This document shows, in pieces, positions 19,898 through 29,527 of a stretch of DNA of 64,000 nt (position 1 is the stretch's first letter; every line of letters begins with the position of its first letter). Below the pieces are notes generated by a model. It searched no databases. It saw only the letters and a program-made list of their open reading frames with translations, and had not been told where the DNA came from. The translations under genes were made by a program, and so were the position numbers. The DNA comes from Candidatus Parcubacteria bacterium. Its GTDB lineage: Bacteria > Patescibacteriota > Patescibacteriia > UBA1558 > GWA2-36-10. The DNA is taken from assembly GCA_018669975.1 (NCBI GenBank), contig JABHSK010000009.1, positions 51,127 through 115,126 of the forward strand, given 5' to 3'.

Positions 19898-19974
19898 TGG
19901 AGCGAGTGACCGGGCTCGAACCGGCGACCTTTTCCTTGGCAAGGAAATGTTCTAGCCAACTGAACTACACTCGC
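19898..19974 (-). tRNA. tRNA-Gly (anticodon GCC)
   Basis: Reverse complement GCGAGTGTAGTTCAGTTGGCTAGAACATTTCCTTGCCAAGGAAAAGGTCGCCGGTTCGAGCCCGGTCACTCGCTCCA. Confidence 0.85.
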
Positions 19975-20083
19975 TTGATAAAACATAACTATTATACAAC
20001 AAAATAATAAAAAGTCAACCACTGATACTCTTGGTTTTGAACCTTAAAAATGCTATTATAAAGGAAGATTAAATTACTCAAAT

Positions 20084-22810
20084 ATGCCCAAAAAACAAAA
20101 GAAATTGGTGGTTATAGACAGTAATGCCCTACTACATAGAGCCTGGCACGCTATACCTCCTCTGAAGACTAAAGATGGCACTGTGGTTAACGCTGTTTTT
20201 GGCTATACCTCACTATTATTGAGTATTATCAGAGAGTTGAAACCCGAATACATCATCGCCTCATTTGATCTACCTGGTAAGACTTTTCGACACGAACAAT
20301 ATAAAGAGTATAAAGCTCAGCGGGTTAAGCAGGCAGATGAATTTTATGAACAATTTGATCTAGCCAAAGATGTTCTAAAAGCTTTTAATATACCAATACT
20401 AACTAAGGCTGGCTTTGAGGCTGACGACGTCATTGGCACCATTAGTCAGGAGGCCTATAACCAATATCCAGACATTCAAACTATTATCATCACTGGAGAT
20501 CTTGATGCTTTACAACTGGTCAATGATCGTGTAAAAGTCTTAACTCTTAAAAGAGGTTTTAATGACACCATCACTTATGATATTGCAGCTGTCAAAGAAA
20601 GGTACGGCCTTGATCCAGAACAACTTATAGACCTCAAAGCTATACAAGGAGACGCCTCAGATAATATCAAGGGTGTCAGAGGCATCGGTGCCAAAGGAGC
20701 CACTAATTTAATAAAAGAATTTGGTAGTTTAGAAAATCTTTATAAAAAAATAAGTGAAGCTGACATCAAAGAAAGAACAAAAAATCTTTTACTAGAGCAA
20801 AAAGATGAAGCTTTTGAAAGCAAGGAGTTGGTAACCATTGTTACTGATGTACCCTTAACATGGAAATTGGAAAATGCTACCTTTTCTGAATTTGATGCGG
20901 AAAAAGTTTATAAAATCTTTCAAGAATTAGAGTTTAGTTCATTGCTTAATAAAATACCACATAAAGAATCTAATTTAAATAATAATGCCTTTGCAGATAA
21001 AAAGGCCGCCTATCAAACTATAAGCAATACCAAAGACTTCGAAATATTCTATGGGGAGCTAAGTAAACAAAAAATATTTGCTCTAGACACAGAAACATCT
21101 GGCTTAGATGTTTTTAATGATAAAATATTAGGCATGTCATTTTCCTGGCAAGCTAAAACCGGTTTTTATATCGACCTATCAGATAATAAATTTCAAAAAT
21201 TAGTTGTCGAACAGCTCAAGCCAATCCTAGAGGATGACAAAATATCTAAGGTGGGTCATCACTTAAAGTTTGATTATAAGGTTTTTAAACAACTAGACAT
21301 AGAACTAAAGGGTATAATTTTTGACACGCTAATAGCTGCCTATCTAATTAACGCTAACCGCGGTTTACGCCTAGAAGAACTGGCTTTTAGTTATCTGGGT
21401 TATAAAAAACTAAAATTAGTAGACCTGCTAGATGAACCACCAAAAAAGAAAAAAGAAATAGATATTAAACAAATTCCAGCTGAAAAATTAGCCTGGTATG
21501 CTGCTGAAGATGCCGATATTACCTTTAGACTATATGAAAAACTGTTATCCATCATCAAAACCAATAAAAACTTTGATCTGCTAGAAAAAATGGAATTGCC
21601 ACTAATACCAGTGTTGGCAGAAATGGAATTAGCTGGTATTTCACTCGACAGTGCTTTTCTTAAAAAAATGGAACAACAGTTTAGTAAGGAAATAAATAAG
21701 ATTACCAAACAAGTATATAAATTGGCTGGCAGGGAATTCAATATCGCCTCACCCCTGCAACTTAAGGAAATATTATTTGAAGAACTAGAAATAAGTGCTG
21801 TCGGAATAAAAAAAACAAAAACCGGCCTATCAACCGCTGCTTCTGAGCTGGCCAAACTACAAAGTGCTCATCCAATAATTCCACTAATCACTGAGTATAG
21901 AGAGCTGGCCAAACTACAATCTACTTATATCATTGCTTTGCCAGAATTAGTAAACAAAAAGAGCAAGAGATTGCATACTAATTTTAATCAGGCCATCACT
22001 GCCACTGGCAGATTATCTTCATCAAATCCAAATTTACAAAACATACCCACCCGTACGACTCTGGGTAGAAAAATACGTCAGGCTTTCGTAACACCAAAAA
22101 ACTATGTTTTGCTATCAGCTGATTATTCACAAATAGAACTACGTTTAGTGGCCTCCTTGTCTAAGGATCCAAAAATGTTAGCTAGTTTTAAAAAGGGTGA
22201 AGATATTCATGCGCGTACAGCTGCTGAGATACACAAAATCTCTCTAGACAAAGTAACCAAGGAAATACGCCGCACAGCTAAAGAGGTAAATTTTGGCATA
22301 CTCTATGGACTTGGTTCTCTAGGATTATCTCAACGTACCGACCTTAACCGCAATGAAGCTAAAGAATTTATAGATAGTTACTTTGATATTTACAAAAAAA
22401 TAAAAACCTACATAGAATACACCAAAGATTTTGCTCATCAAAAAGGCTATTCGCAAACCTTATTTGGCAGAAGGCGCTATCTGCCAGACATTAACTCTTC
22501 CATGCCTATGTTGAGGGCTGCCGCTGAGCGCATGGCTATTAATATGCCCGTACAGGGCACTTCCGCCGATCTTATGAAATTGGCCATGATCAGGATACAC
22601 CGAGACTTGCCAAAAATAAGCAAGGACACTAAAATGGTTCTACAGGTTCATGATGAATTGGTTCTAGAGGTCCCCAAAACAGAACTGAAAAAAGTAGCCA
22701 AGTTTGTTAAGCAAGCTATGGAAACAATCCACAAGCTACCTATACCATTAACTGTGGATTTAGAAGTAGGTAATAATTGGGGAAAATTAGAAACTTACCC
22801 AGTTAAATAA
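20084..22810 (+). CDS. polA: DNA polymerase I (5'-3' exonuclease, 3'-5' exonuclease-like and polymerase domains)
   Basis: 908 aa; N-terminal FEN domain (LVVIDSNALLHRAWHA), C-terminal pol A motifs (DYSQIELR, KEVNFGILYG, QVHDEL). Confidence 0.95.
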   Translation: MPKKQKKLVVIDSNALLHRAWHAIPPLKTKDGTVVNAVFGYTSLLLSIIRELKPEYIIASFDLPGKTFRHEQYKEYKAQRVKQADEFYEQFDLAKDVLKAFNIPILTKAGFEADDVIGTISQEAYNQYPDIQTIIITGDLDALQLVNDRVKVLTLKRGFNDTITYDIAAVKERYGLDPEQLIDLKAIQGDASDNIKGVRGIGAKGATNLIKEFGSLENLYKKISEADIKERTKNLLLEQKDEAFESKELVTIVTDVPLTWKLENATFSEFDAEKVYKIFQELEFSSLLNKIPHKESNLNNNAFADKKAAYQTISNTKDFEIFYGELSKQKIFALDTETSGLDVFNDKILGMSFSWQAKTGFYIDLSDNKFQKLVVEQLKPILEDDKISKVGHHLKFDYKVFKQLDIELKGIIFDTLIAAYLINANRGLRLEELAFSYLGYKKLKLVDLLDEPPKKKKEIDIKQIPAEKLAWYAAEDADITFRLYEKLLSIIKTNKNFDLLEKMELPLIPVLAEMELAGISLDSAFLKKMEQQFSKEINKITKQVYKLAGREFNIASPLQLKEILFEELEISAVGIKKTKTGLSTAASELAKLQSAHPIIPLITEYRELAKLQSTYIIALPELVNKKSKRLHTNFNQAITATGRLSSSNPNLQNIPTRTTLGRKIRQAFVTPKNYVLLSADYSQIELRLVASLSKDPKMLASFKKGEDIHARTAAEIHKISLDKVTKEIRRTAKEVNFGILYGLGSLGLSQRTDLNRNEAKEFIDSYFDIYKKIKTYIEYTKDFAHQKGYSQTLFGRRRYLPDINSSMPMLRAAAERMAINMPVQGTSADLMKLAMIRIHRDLPKISKDTKMVLQVHDELVLEVPKTELKKVAKFVKQAMETIHKLPIPLTVDLEVGNNWGKLETYPVK

Positions 22811-23761
22811 ATGCTATTTTTCTATTATGGTGAAGACTCATTTCGAGCTCATCAAAAAATTCAAGCGATTGTCAAAAAATTCAAAGACAAGATAGATCCG
22901 TCTGGACAAAATATCCAGCACCTTGACGGTGAAACCATCACTGCTGATGATTTCTTTAAAGCTGTATCAGTGATGGGTTTTTTAGCTGACAAAAAACTAA
23001 TTATTATAAAAAATATTTTTGATAATAAAAAACTAACCACTTGGCAAGATATATTAATAAAATTTCTAGATAAACAAAATGATACTCCCGATGAAAATTA
23101 TTTAGTTTTCTGGCAAGGTGGTAAGGCAGACTCTAGAAAAAAAATATTCAAAAGATTGAATAAGTTAAAATTTAGTGAAGAGTTTAGCAAGCAAAATCCA
23201 AGGCAACTCTCCCAATGGATAACTAGACATGCACAAGCGCAAAAAAAACATATCACCCCAGCAGCCGTAGAATTATTAATTAGTTATGTAGGTAATGATC
23301 TCTGGCAACTACATCAAGAGATATCTAAACTGGCTCATTTTAGTGAAGAAGATATAAACGATAAAGATGTCCGTGAAATAGTACAAGCTAAGATAGATGA
23401 CAATATTTTTAATATGATAGATGCCTTGGGCAACAAAGATAAAGCCTTAACTCTTAAGCTAATAGAAGAAAAATTAAATCATGGTGTCAATCATCAATAC
23501 ATTCTAACCATGATTATCCGCCAATTCAGAATACTAATCAAAGCAAAGGCCTTATCTAAAGACACCAAATACGCAAGTGCCCTAGCACAAGCCCTAAAAA
23601 TACCACCAAGGATTGCCGAAAAAACTTTGGCTCAAAGCAAAGAATATAGTGCAGATGAGTTAAAAAAAATATACAGCCATTTATTGCTACTAGATGAAAA
23701 ATTTAAAACTACTCAAAATCAAGAAAAAATACTATTTACCCAGATGATTCATAATTTATAA
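22811..23761 (+). CDS. holA: DNA polymerase III delta subunit
   Basis: MLFFYYGEDSFRAHQKIQAIVKKF N-terminus and overall delta-subunit architecture; start codon abuts the polA stop. Confidence 0.65.
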   Translation: MLFFYYGEDSFRAHQKIQAIVKKFKDKIDPSGQNIQHLDGETITADDFFKAVSVMGFLADKKLIIIKNIFDNKKLTTWQDILIKFLDKQNDTPDENYLVFWQGGKADSRKKIFKRLNKLKFSEEFSKQNPRQLSQWITRHAQAQKKHITPAAVELLISYVGNDLWQLHQEISKLAHFSEEDINDKDVREIVQAKIDDNIFNMIDALGNKDKALTLKLIEEKLNHGVNHQYILTMIIRQFRILIKAKALSKDTKYASALAQALKIPPRIAEKTLAQSKEYSADELKKIYSHLLLLDEKFKTTQNQEKILFTQMIHNL

Positions 23762-23792
23762 AACTCCCAATATCTAACGACGAAAACATAAT

Positions 23793-23824
23793 AATAACGG
23801 CTTCGCTGATGCGAAGCCGTTATT
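23793..23824. terminator. bidirectional intrinsic terminator between convergent holA and the alkylation-repair gene
   Basis: aataacggcttcgctgatgcgaagccgttatt, perfect 12-bp stem flanked by A/T runs. Confidence 0.55.
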
Positions 23825-23827
23825 ATT

Positions 23828-24550
23828 TTAAAAATTACCTTGTAAAAATCTCTTTCTTTTGGTCTCTACCATTCTTTCGATGGCATATCGTAAAGTGGTT
23901 CTTGGTAAATATGAATAATTTTTCTTTAAAAATTCTTCTGCTCTAGCTGCATCTTTTTTCCAAGCCTCTCGAAGCATCCATCCTACTGCCTTATGCATCA
24001 AATCTTCTTTGTCTTTAAGAAGTAGTTTAGACAACTTAAAGCAATCATCTAATTGCCCCTCTCTAATAAATATCCAAGTAGTAATTATAGATATACGTCT
24101 TTCCCAAAGTTTATTGCTCTTGGCATATTTATATAATATTTGCCTTGACTCTAGTTTGTCTAAAATAGCTTGCCCTAAAATATAATGCGCTGAAAGGTCC
24201 ACTAGATCCCAATTATTTACCCCCGCTCTGTTCCTCAAATAAAAATTAAGGATTTGTTTTTGTAATTTTATATCTTTATTCTTCCGTGCTAACTTATTTT
24301 TCTCTACCAAAATTAAAATACCTGCCAAACGAATTTCATGAATATCTGAATTCAAACAATTTTTAAGTTCTGAAAAATCTAGCTCTAAAAACTTTCTAGC
24401 CACTTGCCTAATATTTGGCACACGCACACCAATAAATTTATCTCCCTCTCCATACTCTCCCGGTCCAGTTTTAAAAAACCATTCATTGGATTTTTTTCTA
24501 GCTGACGAGGCATGTTTCTTTAATTCTTTTATCAAATCTTGTGACTTCAT
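23828..24550 (-). CDS. DNA alkylation repair protein (AlkD/AlkC-like HEAT-repeat glycosylase family)
   Basis: 240 aa all-helical; N-terminal LIKELKKHASSARKKSNEWFFKTGPGEYGEGDKFIGVRVPNIRQVARKF resembles AlkD family. Confidence 0.55.
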   Translation of the reverse strand: MKSQDLIKELKKHASSARKKSNEWFFKTGPGEYGEGDKFIGVRVPNIRQVARKFLELDFSELKNCLNSDIHEIRLAGILILVEKNKLARKNKDIKLQKQILNFYLRNRAGVNNWDLVDLSAHYILGQAILDKLESRQILYKYAKSNKLWERRISIITTWIFIREGQLDDCFKLSKLLLKDKEDLMHKAVGWMLREAWKKDAARAEEFLKKNYSYLPRTTLRYAIERMVETKRKRFLQGNF

Positions 24551-24603
24551 AATTTTATTATATAAAACAAAAACAACCCCGTAAAGGATTGTTTTTTATA
24601 ATT

Positions 24604-24924
24604 TTATTTTTTATCAGCTGACTTTTCCTCTGCCTTTGGCTTGGTGGCCACTGGCTTAGCGCCTGCCTGCTTAATCATAGCCGCGAAACGTTGTTTTTTA
24701 CGATTTCCAGTGTTAACTTTAATGATGTTTGACTTTACAGCTTTATCTACTGCTTTTTGTAAAGTATGTATCAATTCACCAGATTTCTTATCAATATTAC
24801 CGGCTGATATAGCTTTTTTACCAGACTTGATGATCTCTCTGATATTTCTTTTAACTAAAGCATTACGCTTTGTAAGCTTTTCGGTCTGCCTCAAGTGCTT
24901 GATGGCTGATTTCTTATTTGGCAT
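24604..24924 (-). CDS. rpsT: 30S ribosomal protein S20 with extended basic C-terminal tail
   Basis: MPNKKSAIKHLRQTEKLTKRNALVKRNIREIIK. Confidence 0.85.
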   Translation of the reverse strand: MPNKKSAIKHLRQTEKLTKRNALVKRNIREIIKSGKKAISAGNIDKKSGELIHTLQKAVDKAVKSNIIKVNTGNRKKQRFAAMIKQAGAKPVATKPKAEEKSADKK

Positions 24925-25002
24925 AAATTCAAATTTCTATTAAAATGATAATATAAAGACTTTTAAGATGATAACATAAACTAACTATTAAGTCAATAAT
25001 AT

Positions 25003-25242
25003 ATGATATCTAGAGAACAACAGCGACTGGTTATAGAAAAACTGTATAGGTCTTCAGATTCTATTACTAGCACTAAGAAATTTAATGAAAAATATGGCAG
25101 TAGCGTTGGTCATATGGGTGAAGAAAGTATGAGAATGACTGATTTTGGTCGTAAAATGAAGAAAACAGACTTTATGAGCAGTAGAGTAGAACAGGCCATG
25201 CGAGAGGTTACAGGCCGAAGTGTTGATTTAGAGAGCTTATAA
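25003..25242 (+). CDS. hypothetical 79-aa protein (may be non-coding; lies in the rpsT upstream region and overlaps the truB 3' end)
   Basis: ORF only; no SD; no recognisable motif. Confidence 0.15.
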   Translation: MISREQQRLVIEKLYRSSDSITSTKKFNEKYGSSVGHMGEESMRMTDFGRKMKKTDFMSSRVEQAMREVTGRSVDLESL

Positions 25243-25993
25243 TTTGCTCAGCACTTATAGCATTTTTTGCTAAAACTTCTTGATCTACCTTGTCCAAATG
25301 AATAGCTTGGTCAATATAAAACTCTCCAATAGCTACTCGGCGTAAATCTGACAACAATGCGCCCTGTTTTGTAGCTTGCCCTAAATCGTGAGCTAGGCTA
25401 CGTATATAGGTGCCAGCTGAACAGCTCACCTTTATTTTTAACTTGGGGAAATTAAAATCTAACATCTCAATCTCATATATCTCCACCTCTTTACTAGGCG
25501 GAGTTACTACCTTACCTTGTCTGGCTAAGACGTGCAGTTTTTTGCCAGCTACTTTCTTAGCTGAATACATTGGTGCCTGTTGATTCTGTTTTCCAGTAAA
25601 CTTTTTTAACTGCTGTTTTAGAAATATTTTATCAAACTCTTCTGCATCTGTATTGTTGACTACCTGACCCTCTAAATCATAGGTATCTGATATTTGACCA
25701 AAAATAATATCTGCCTGATAAATCTTAGGCAAAAAATGAAACAAGTCTAATAGGCGAGTAGCTCGTCCAGTGGCCATGATCAACAAGCCTGAGGCTAGCG
25801 GATCTAATGTGCCAGCAAAACCAACTTTCTTTATATCCAATACTTTACGCAAAACAGACACTGCTCTAAAAGAGTGTATATTTTTAGGCTTATCTATCAA
25901 ATAAATGTTTGCCTGGGGGTCAGAAATAATAGATTGTTTTTTAGTCTCAGTTAGAAACTTTTGAGTAAATTCTTGCGCTGTTTTTATCTGCAT
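25208..25993 (-). CDS. truB: tRNA pseudouridine(55) synthase
   Basis: GFAGTLDPLASGLLIMATGRATRL catalytic-Asp motif, PUA-less short form, 261 aa. Confidence 0.9.
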   Translation of the reverse strand: MQIKTAQEFTQKFLTETKKQSIISDPQANIYLIDKPKNIHSFRAVSVLRKVLDIKKVGFAGTLDPLASGLLIMATGRATRLLDLFHFLPKIYQADIIFGQISDTYDLEGQVVNNTDAEEFDKIFLKQQLKKFTGKQNQQAPMYSAKKVAGKKLHVLARQGKVVTPPSKEVEIYEIEMLDFNFPKLKIKVSCSAGTYIRSLAHDLGQATKQGALLSDLRRVAIGEFYIDQAIHLDKVDQEVLAKNAISAEQIISSLNQHFGL

Positions 25994-26043
25994 TATCTAT
26001 TCATTATCTTATATATCTTACACTATAGTACTAATTACAAAAA

Positions 26044-26073
26044 TTGACAAAATTTTATAAAGTTGGCTACAAT
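26044..26073 (+). promoter_or_regulatory. sigma70-like promoter (TTGACA, 18 nt spacer, TACAAT)
   Basis: -35 at 26044-26049, -10 at 26068-26073; followed by AGGAGGTG SD at 26111-26118. Confidence 0.45.
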
Positions 26074-26124
26074 ATAGACATGAAAGTTCCCTCTTCAACT
26101 TTATAAAGAAAGGAGGTGAAAAAT

Positions 26125-26367
26125 ATGGGTCAGCGTTGCTATTGCCCAGTTTCCTTAAATGTTACTGTTGGACTATTCCTTATTTTTTTGTCCATATTAT
26201 CTTTTTTTGAAATCTGGGATGTATATATGCCATTTTGGCTATCGGTGTTAAGTTTGTTTCTTGGCATTATGGCTATTATCATGAATTCTATAAATCGTAT
26301 ACATGATAAGGTGAATGATCTGAGTGTCGAGAAGGCTGATGAATTACATGCCAATGAAGGTTACTAA
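26125..26367 (+). CDS. small two-helix membrane protein (80 aa), unknown function; start set at ATG 26125 (ORF track GTG 26116)
   Basis: Strong SD 6 nt upstream, own promoter and terminator; two hydrophobic helices, CYCP motif. Confidence 0.45.
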   Translation: MGQRCYCPVSLNVTVGLFLIFLSILSFFEIWDVYMPFWLSVLSLFLGIMAIIMNSINRIHDKVNDLSVEKADELHANEGY

Positions 26368-26384
26368 AAAGAATAAACTAAAAT

Positions 26385-26419
26385 AAAAACACCCGTAATA
26401 AACAAATAGGGTGTTTTTA
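26385..26419. terminator. bidirectional intrinsic terminator (shared by the small gene and PBP1A)
   Basis: aaaaacacccgtaataaacaaatagggtgttttt. Confidence 0.55.
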
Positions 26420-26421
26420 TT

Positions 26422-29349
26422 TTATTCAATATTTACAATTATCGACGGAGTAGTCATTAGATTGTCAGACACATCTTTAACAAGCATATATATCTTATAA
26501 ACCCCTGACTCCAAATCATCCCCCCAACTAACAGACACATTATTATCGGCTGGCGATGAAACATAATCAAACCAATGAGACTTATCATCTGGAGATAGGT
26601 AGTAAAAATCAATTTTCTTAATTTGTTCTGGCTTATCTATACTCAACCGCAAATCAATAGGTAGCCCCGATTGATTGATAGTGTCCCCATTGGACGGGTC
26701 AAGCCAAACAATATTAAAGGCTCGCTCTGAGCTGTCTATATCTAAATTAATATTAATAGTCTTAGACTGAAAATTATCCTGATCATCAAAAGCAATAGCT
26801 TTGAGCTGATGCCGACCATTACCAAGAAAAGGGTTGACCTGATAACTATAATTAAATGGACTATTATAGCTAGTACCGACTAAGTTATCATCCATAAAAT
26901 ACTCAACTCTACGTACTTCCCTAGGAGCATCAGTGTTTACCCGCATAGAAAAACTAACGTCACGAACAGTATCATTGTTGTTTGGAAATTGCCAAGATAT
27001 ATCTGGTTTAAGCTCTGGCAGATGTATATCATCATATTCAGTCGGCGCGGCCTCAGCCTCATATCCTTTGTCCTTAGCCCAAACCATGATTGGCTCTTCC
27101 CAAAGACTATATTGCGGCTCATGATTTGGATCTGATAACGGATCTCCTAGAGGGTCGTTTATGTTTACATAATGTAAAATATTATGAGCTTCTAAAAACT
27201 TCTTTTCTTGAATTTGAGTGTACGGGGTATATTCAGTGGCCAATTTACCAGACATTTTATCTATTCTAACTGGCTCTGCGCCAGAAAGCTCCCCACAAAC
27301 CATAGGCTTATCACAACCATCAAGATTGTGTTCTTTAAAATCCTCTATCGGCATATCCTTGGTAACCTCACGCATAAATGCATTCCAAATTGGCGCAGCT
27401 ACAACTGAACCACTGGACCCTTCTTTCATTTCTGTATTATCATTATTACCAACCCAAACACCTGTAGCAATCTGTGGTGTAAAGCCCATTAACCAAGCAT
27501 CTCGATAATTATTGGTGGTGCCAGTCTTAGCTACCACTGGCCTATCACCTAGGGTTAGATAATTATTTTCCCCAAAAACATAGGCCCTAGCTGAATTATC
27601 AGACAGTATATCATTAATTAAACGAACATACTCCTTATCGATGGCTCGACGTCCTTTATTTTTATCATTTTCTTCTATAACCTTTCCTTCGTGATCTTTA
27701 ATTTCTACTATAGCCACTGTGTCTTGATACACACCCTCTCTAGCTAATGTGGCATAACCATTAACATGCTCTAACAACTTTACTTCTGCACCTCCTAATA
27801 CCAATGATAATCCATAACGATCTGGGTCTCCTAGGGTAGTATAGCCAAATTTACCTGCTAACTCTGTCACATTACGCACACCCGCTAAATATATAGCTTT
27901 TACAGCTGGGATATTGAGTGAGCCCGCCAGAGCTTGTTTCATACTGACTGGTCCACGCTCTTCTAGGTCATAATTATGTGGAATATAGTCATCACCAGCT
28001 GAGGCAAAATTAGTCACCACATCAAAAAGTATAGTATCTGGACGGAAACCTTTCTCAAAAGCTTTAAGATAAACAAAGGGCTTCATGGAGCTGCCTGGTT
28101 GTCTGTTAGAAATTGAAACATTAACCTGCCCATCTATCTCATCATCAAAATAATCCTTGGAACCAACCATAGCAATTATTTGCCCAGTCTCTACATCTAA
28201 AGATACTAAAGAGGCGTTGCTGGCCTGATGATTTTCAGCATTACCCTTGGCCTTTTCTGTTATAATCTCCTCTGCTTTTTGTTGAATCTCCCAATCTAAA
28301 GATGTTCTTATTTCCCAACCGCTTTGCTCAACTAGAGACGCGCCATATTTCTGTTCCAATAATTCTCTAACATACATCACAAAATGAGGGGCTTTAATTT
28401 GCTCAGCGCGTTTTTTAAAGGTTAACTCCTGAGCCTCAGCACTCTCTGCCTCTTCTTCTGTAATATAACCCTGATCAACCATGAGACCCAAAATAGTCTG
28501 CTGACGAGCAATTAACAAATCCTTATTATTACCATAGGGCGAATACAATGTCGGCGCCTGTGGTAAAGCAGCTAATATAGCAGCCTCTGCCAATGTCACA
28601 TCCTGAATTGATTTATCAAAATAATATCTAGCTGCTGCCTCAGTTCCATAGACGGCTCCACCATAGGGAATTTCATTGAAATAAAATTCCAAAACTTGAT
28701 CTTTACTATATTTTTGTTCTATTCGATAAGATAAAATCCATTCCTTAATTTTTCTAGAAAGCTTTCTCTCATTGGTTAAAATAGCATTTTTGACAAATTG
28801 CTGTGTTAAAGTAGATCCGCCCTGGGCTCGTTTACCTTGTAATCTAGGTACAATTTGTCCGCGCAAAATACCCCACAAAGATACCCCTTTGTGGCTATAA
28901 AAATCTTTATCTTCAATAGCAATGGTCGCATACTTTACGTGGTCTGGAATATCTTCTATATGCACCATGGTTCTATTCTCATCACCATGCACTTCATAAA
29001 GCAAAACCTCGCCAGTGCGATCATATATCTTAGTGCTCATAGCTACTGATCTGTCCAATAACTTACCCTCTTCTGGTAAGTCCTTGGAATACCAGGCAAA
29101 TAAGCCAACCATAGAAATACCAAATAAAAGAGTTCCCCCTAATAAAAACGGCCACAATTTTCTGAGTAATCGTCTAAACCAACCTCCACCTTTGGATCGT
29201 CTTGGTTTTTTGTGAAAAGAAACACGCTGAGTGCGCTTGTTTTTACTTTTGACGTCACTCATTATTCGTCGAGAAGAAAAGCCCGCTGATTGGGCTCCGC
29301 TAATTTTACGACGACGAAAACCTGATTTTTCTAGTTGTGGTATAGGCAT
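26422..29349 (-). CDS. mrcA: class A penicillin-binding protein (transglycosylase/transpeptidase) with a 270-aa C-terminal extension of two Ig-like repeats
   Basis: N-terminal TM, GT51 motifs (EDKDFYSHKGV, GGSTLTQQ), transpeptidase SxxK (SSMKP), SxN, KTGT; 975 aa. Confidence 0.9.
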   Translation of the reverse strand: MPIPQLEKSGFRRRKISGAQSAGFSSRRIMSDVKSKNKRTQRVSFHKKPRRSKGGGWFRRLLRKLWPFLLGGTLLFGISMVGLFAWYSKDLPEEGKLLDRSVAMSTKIYDRTGEVLLYEVHGDENRTMVHIEDIPDHVKYATIAIEDKDFYSHKGVSLWGILRGQIVPRLQGKRAQGGSTLTQQFVKNAILTNERKLSRKIKEWILSYRIEQKYSKDQVLEFYFNEIPYGGAVYGTEAAARYYFDKSIQDVTLAEAAILAALPQAPTLYSPYGNNKDLLIARQQTILGLMVDQGYITEEEAESAEAQELTFKKRAEQIKAPHFVMYVRELLEQKYGASLVEQSGWEIRTSLDWEIQQKAEEIITEKAKGNAENHQASNASLVSLDVETGQIIAMVGSKDYFDDEIDGQVNVSISNRQPGSSMKPFVYLKAFEKGFRPDTILFDVVTNFASAGDDYIPHNYDLEERGPVSMKQALAGSLNIPAVKAIYLAGVRNVTELAGKFGYTTLGDPDRYGLSLVLGGAEVKLLEHVNGYATLAREGVYQDTVAIVEIKDHEGKVIEENDKNKGRRAIDKEYVRLINDILSDNSARAYVFGENNYLTLGDRPVVAKTGTTNNYRDAWLMGFTPQIATGVWVGNNDNTEMKEGSSGSVVAAPIWNAFMREVTKDMPIEDFKEHNLDGCDKPMVCGELSGAEPVRIDKMSGKLATEYTPYTQIQEKKFLEAHNILHYVNINDPLGDPLSDPNHEPQYSLWEEPIMVWAKDKGYEAEAAPTEYDDIHLPELKPDISWQFPNNNDTVRDVSFSMRVNTDAPREVRRVEYFMDDNLVGTSYNSPFNYSYQVNPFLGNGRHQLKAIAFDDQDNFQSKTININLDIDSSERAFNIVWLDPSNGDTINQSGLPIDLRLSIDKPEQIKKIDFYYLSPDDKSHWFDYVSSPADNNVSVSWGDDLESGVYKIYMLVKDVSDNLMTTPSIIVNIE

Positions 29350-29469
29350 TAGGAATCAATAGGAAATATTAATCTAGTACCTAAATTATAGCAAAAATAA
29401 GCTATAATTTAAACACCAAACAAAGTATGCATAAGCTTAATATAAATAGAGTAAAAACTCAAGTACTAT

Positions 29470-29494
29470 AAAACCCCAAATTGGTTGGGGTTTT
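29470..29494 (-). terminator. intrinsic terminator downstream of the GalT-like gene
   Basis: aaaaccccaaattggttggggtttt. Confidence 0.5.
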
Positions 29495-29527
29495 ATATAA
29501 TCAATATCATTAAAGTATTTTGGCTTC

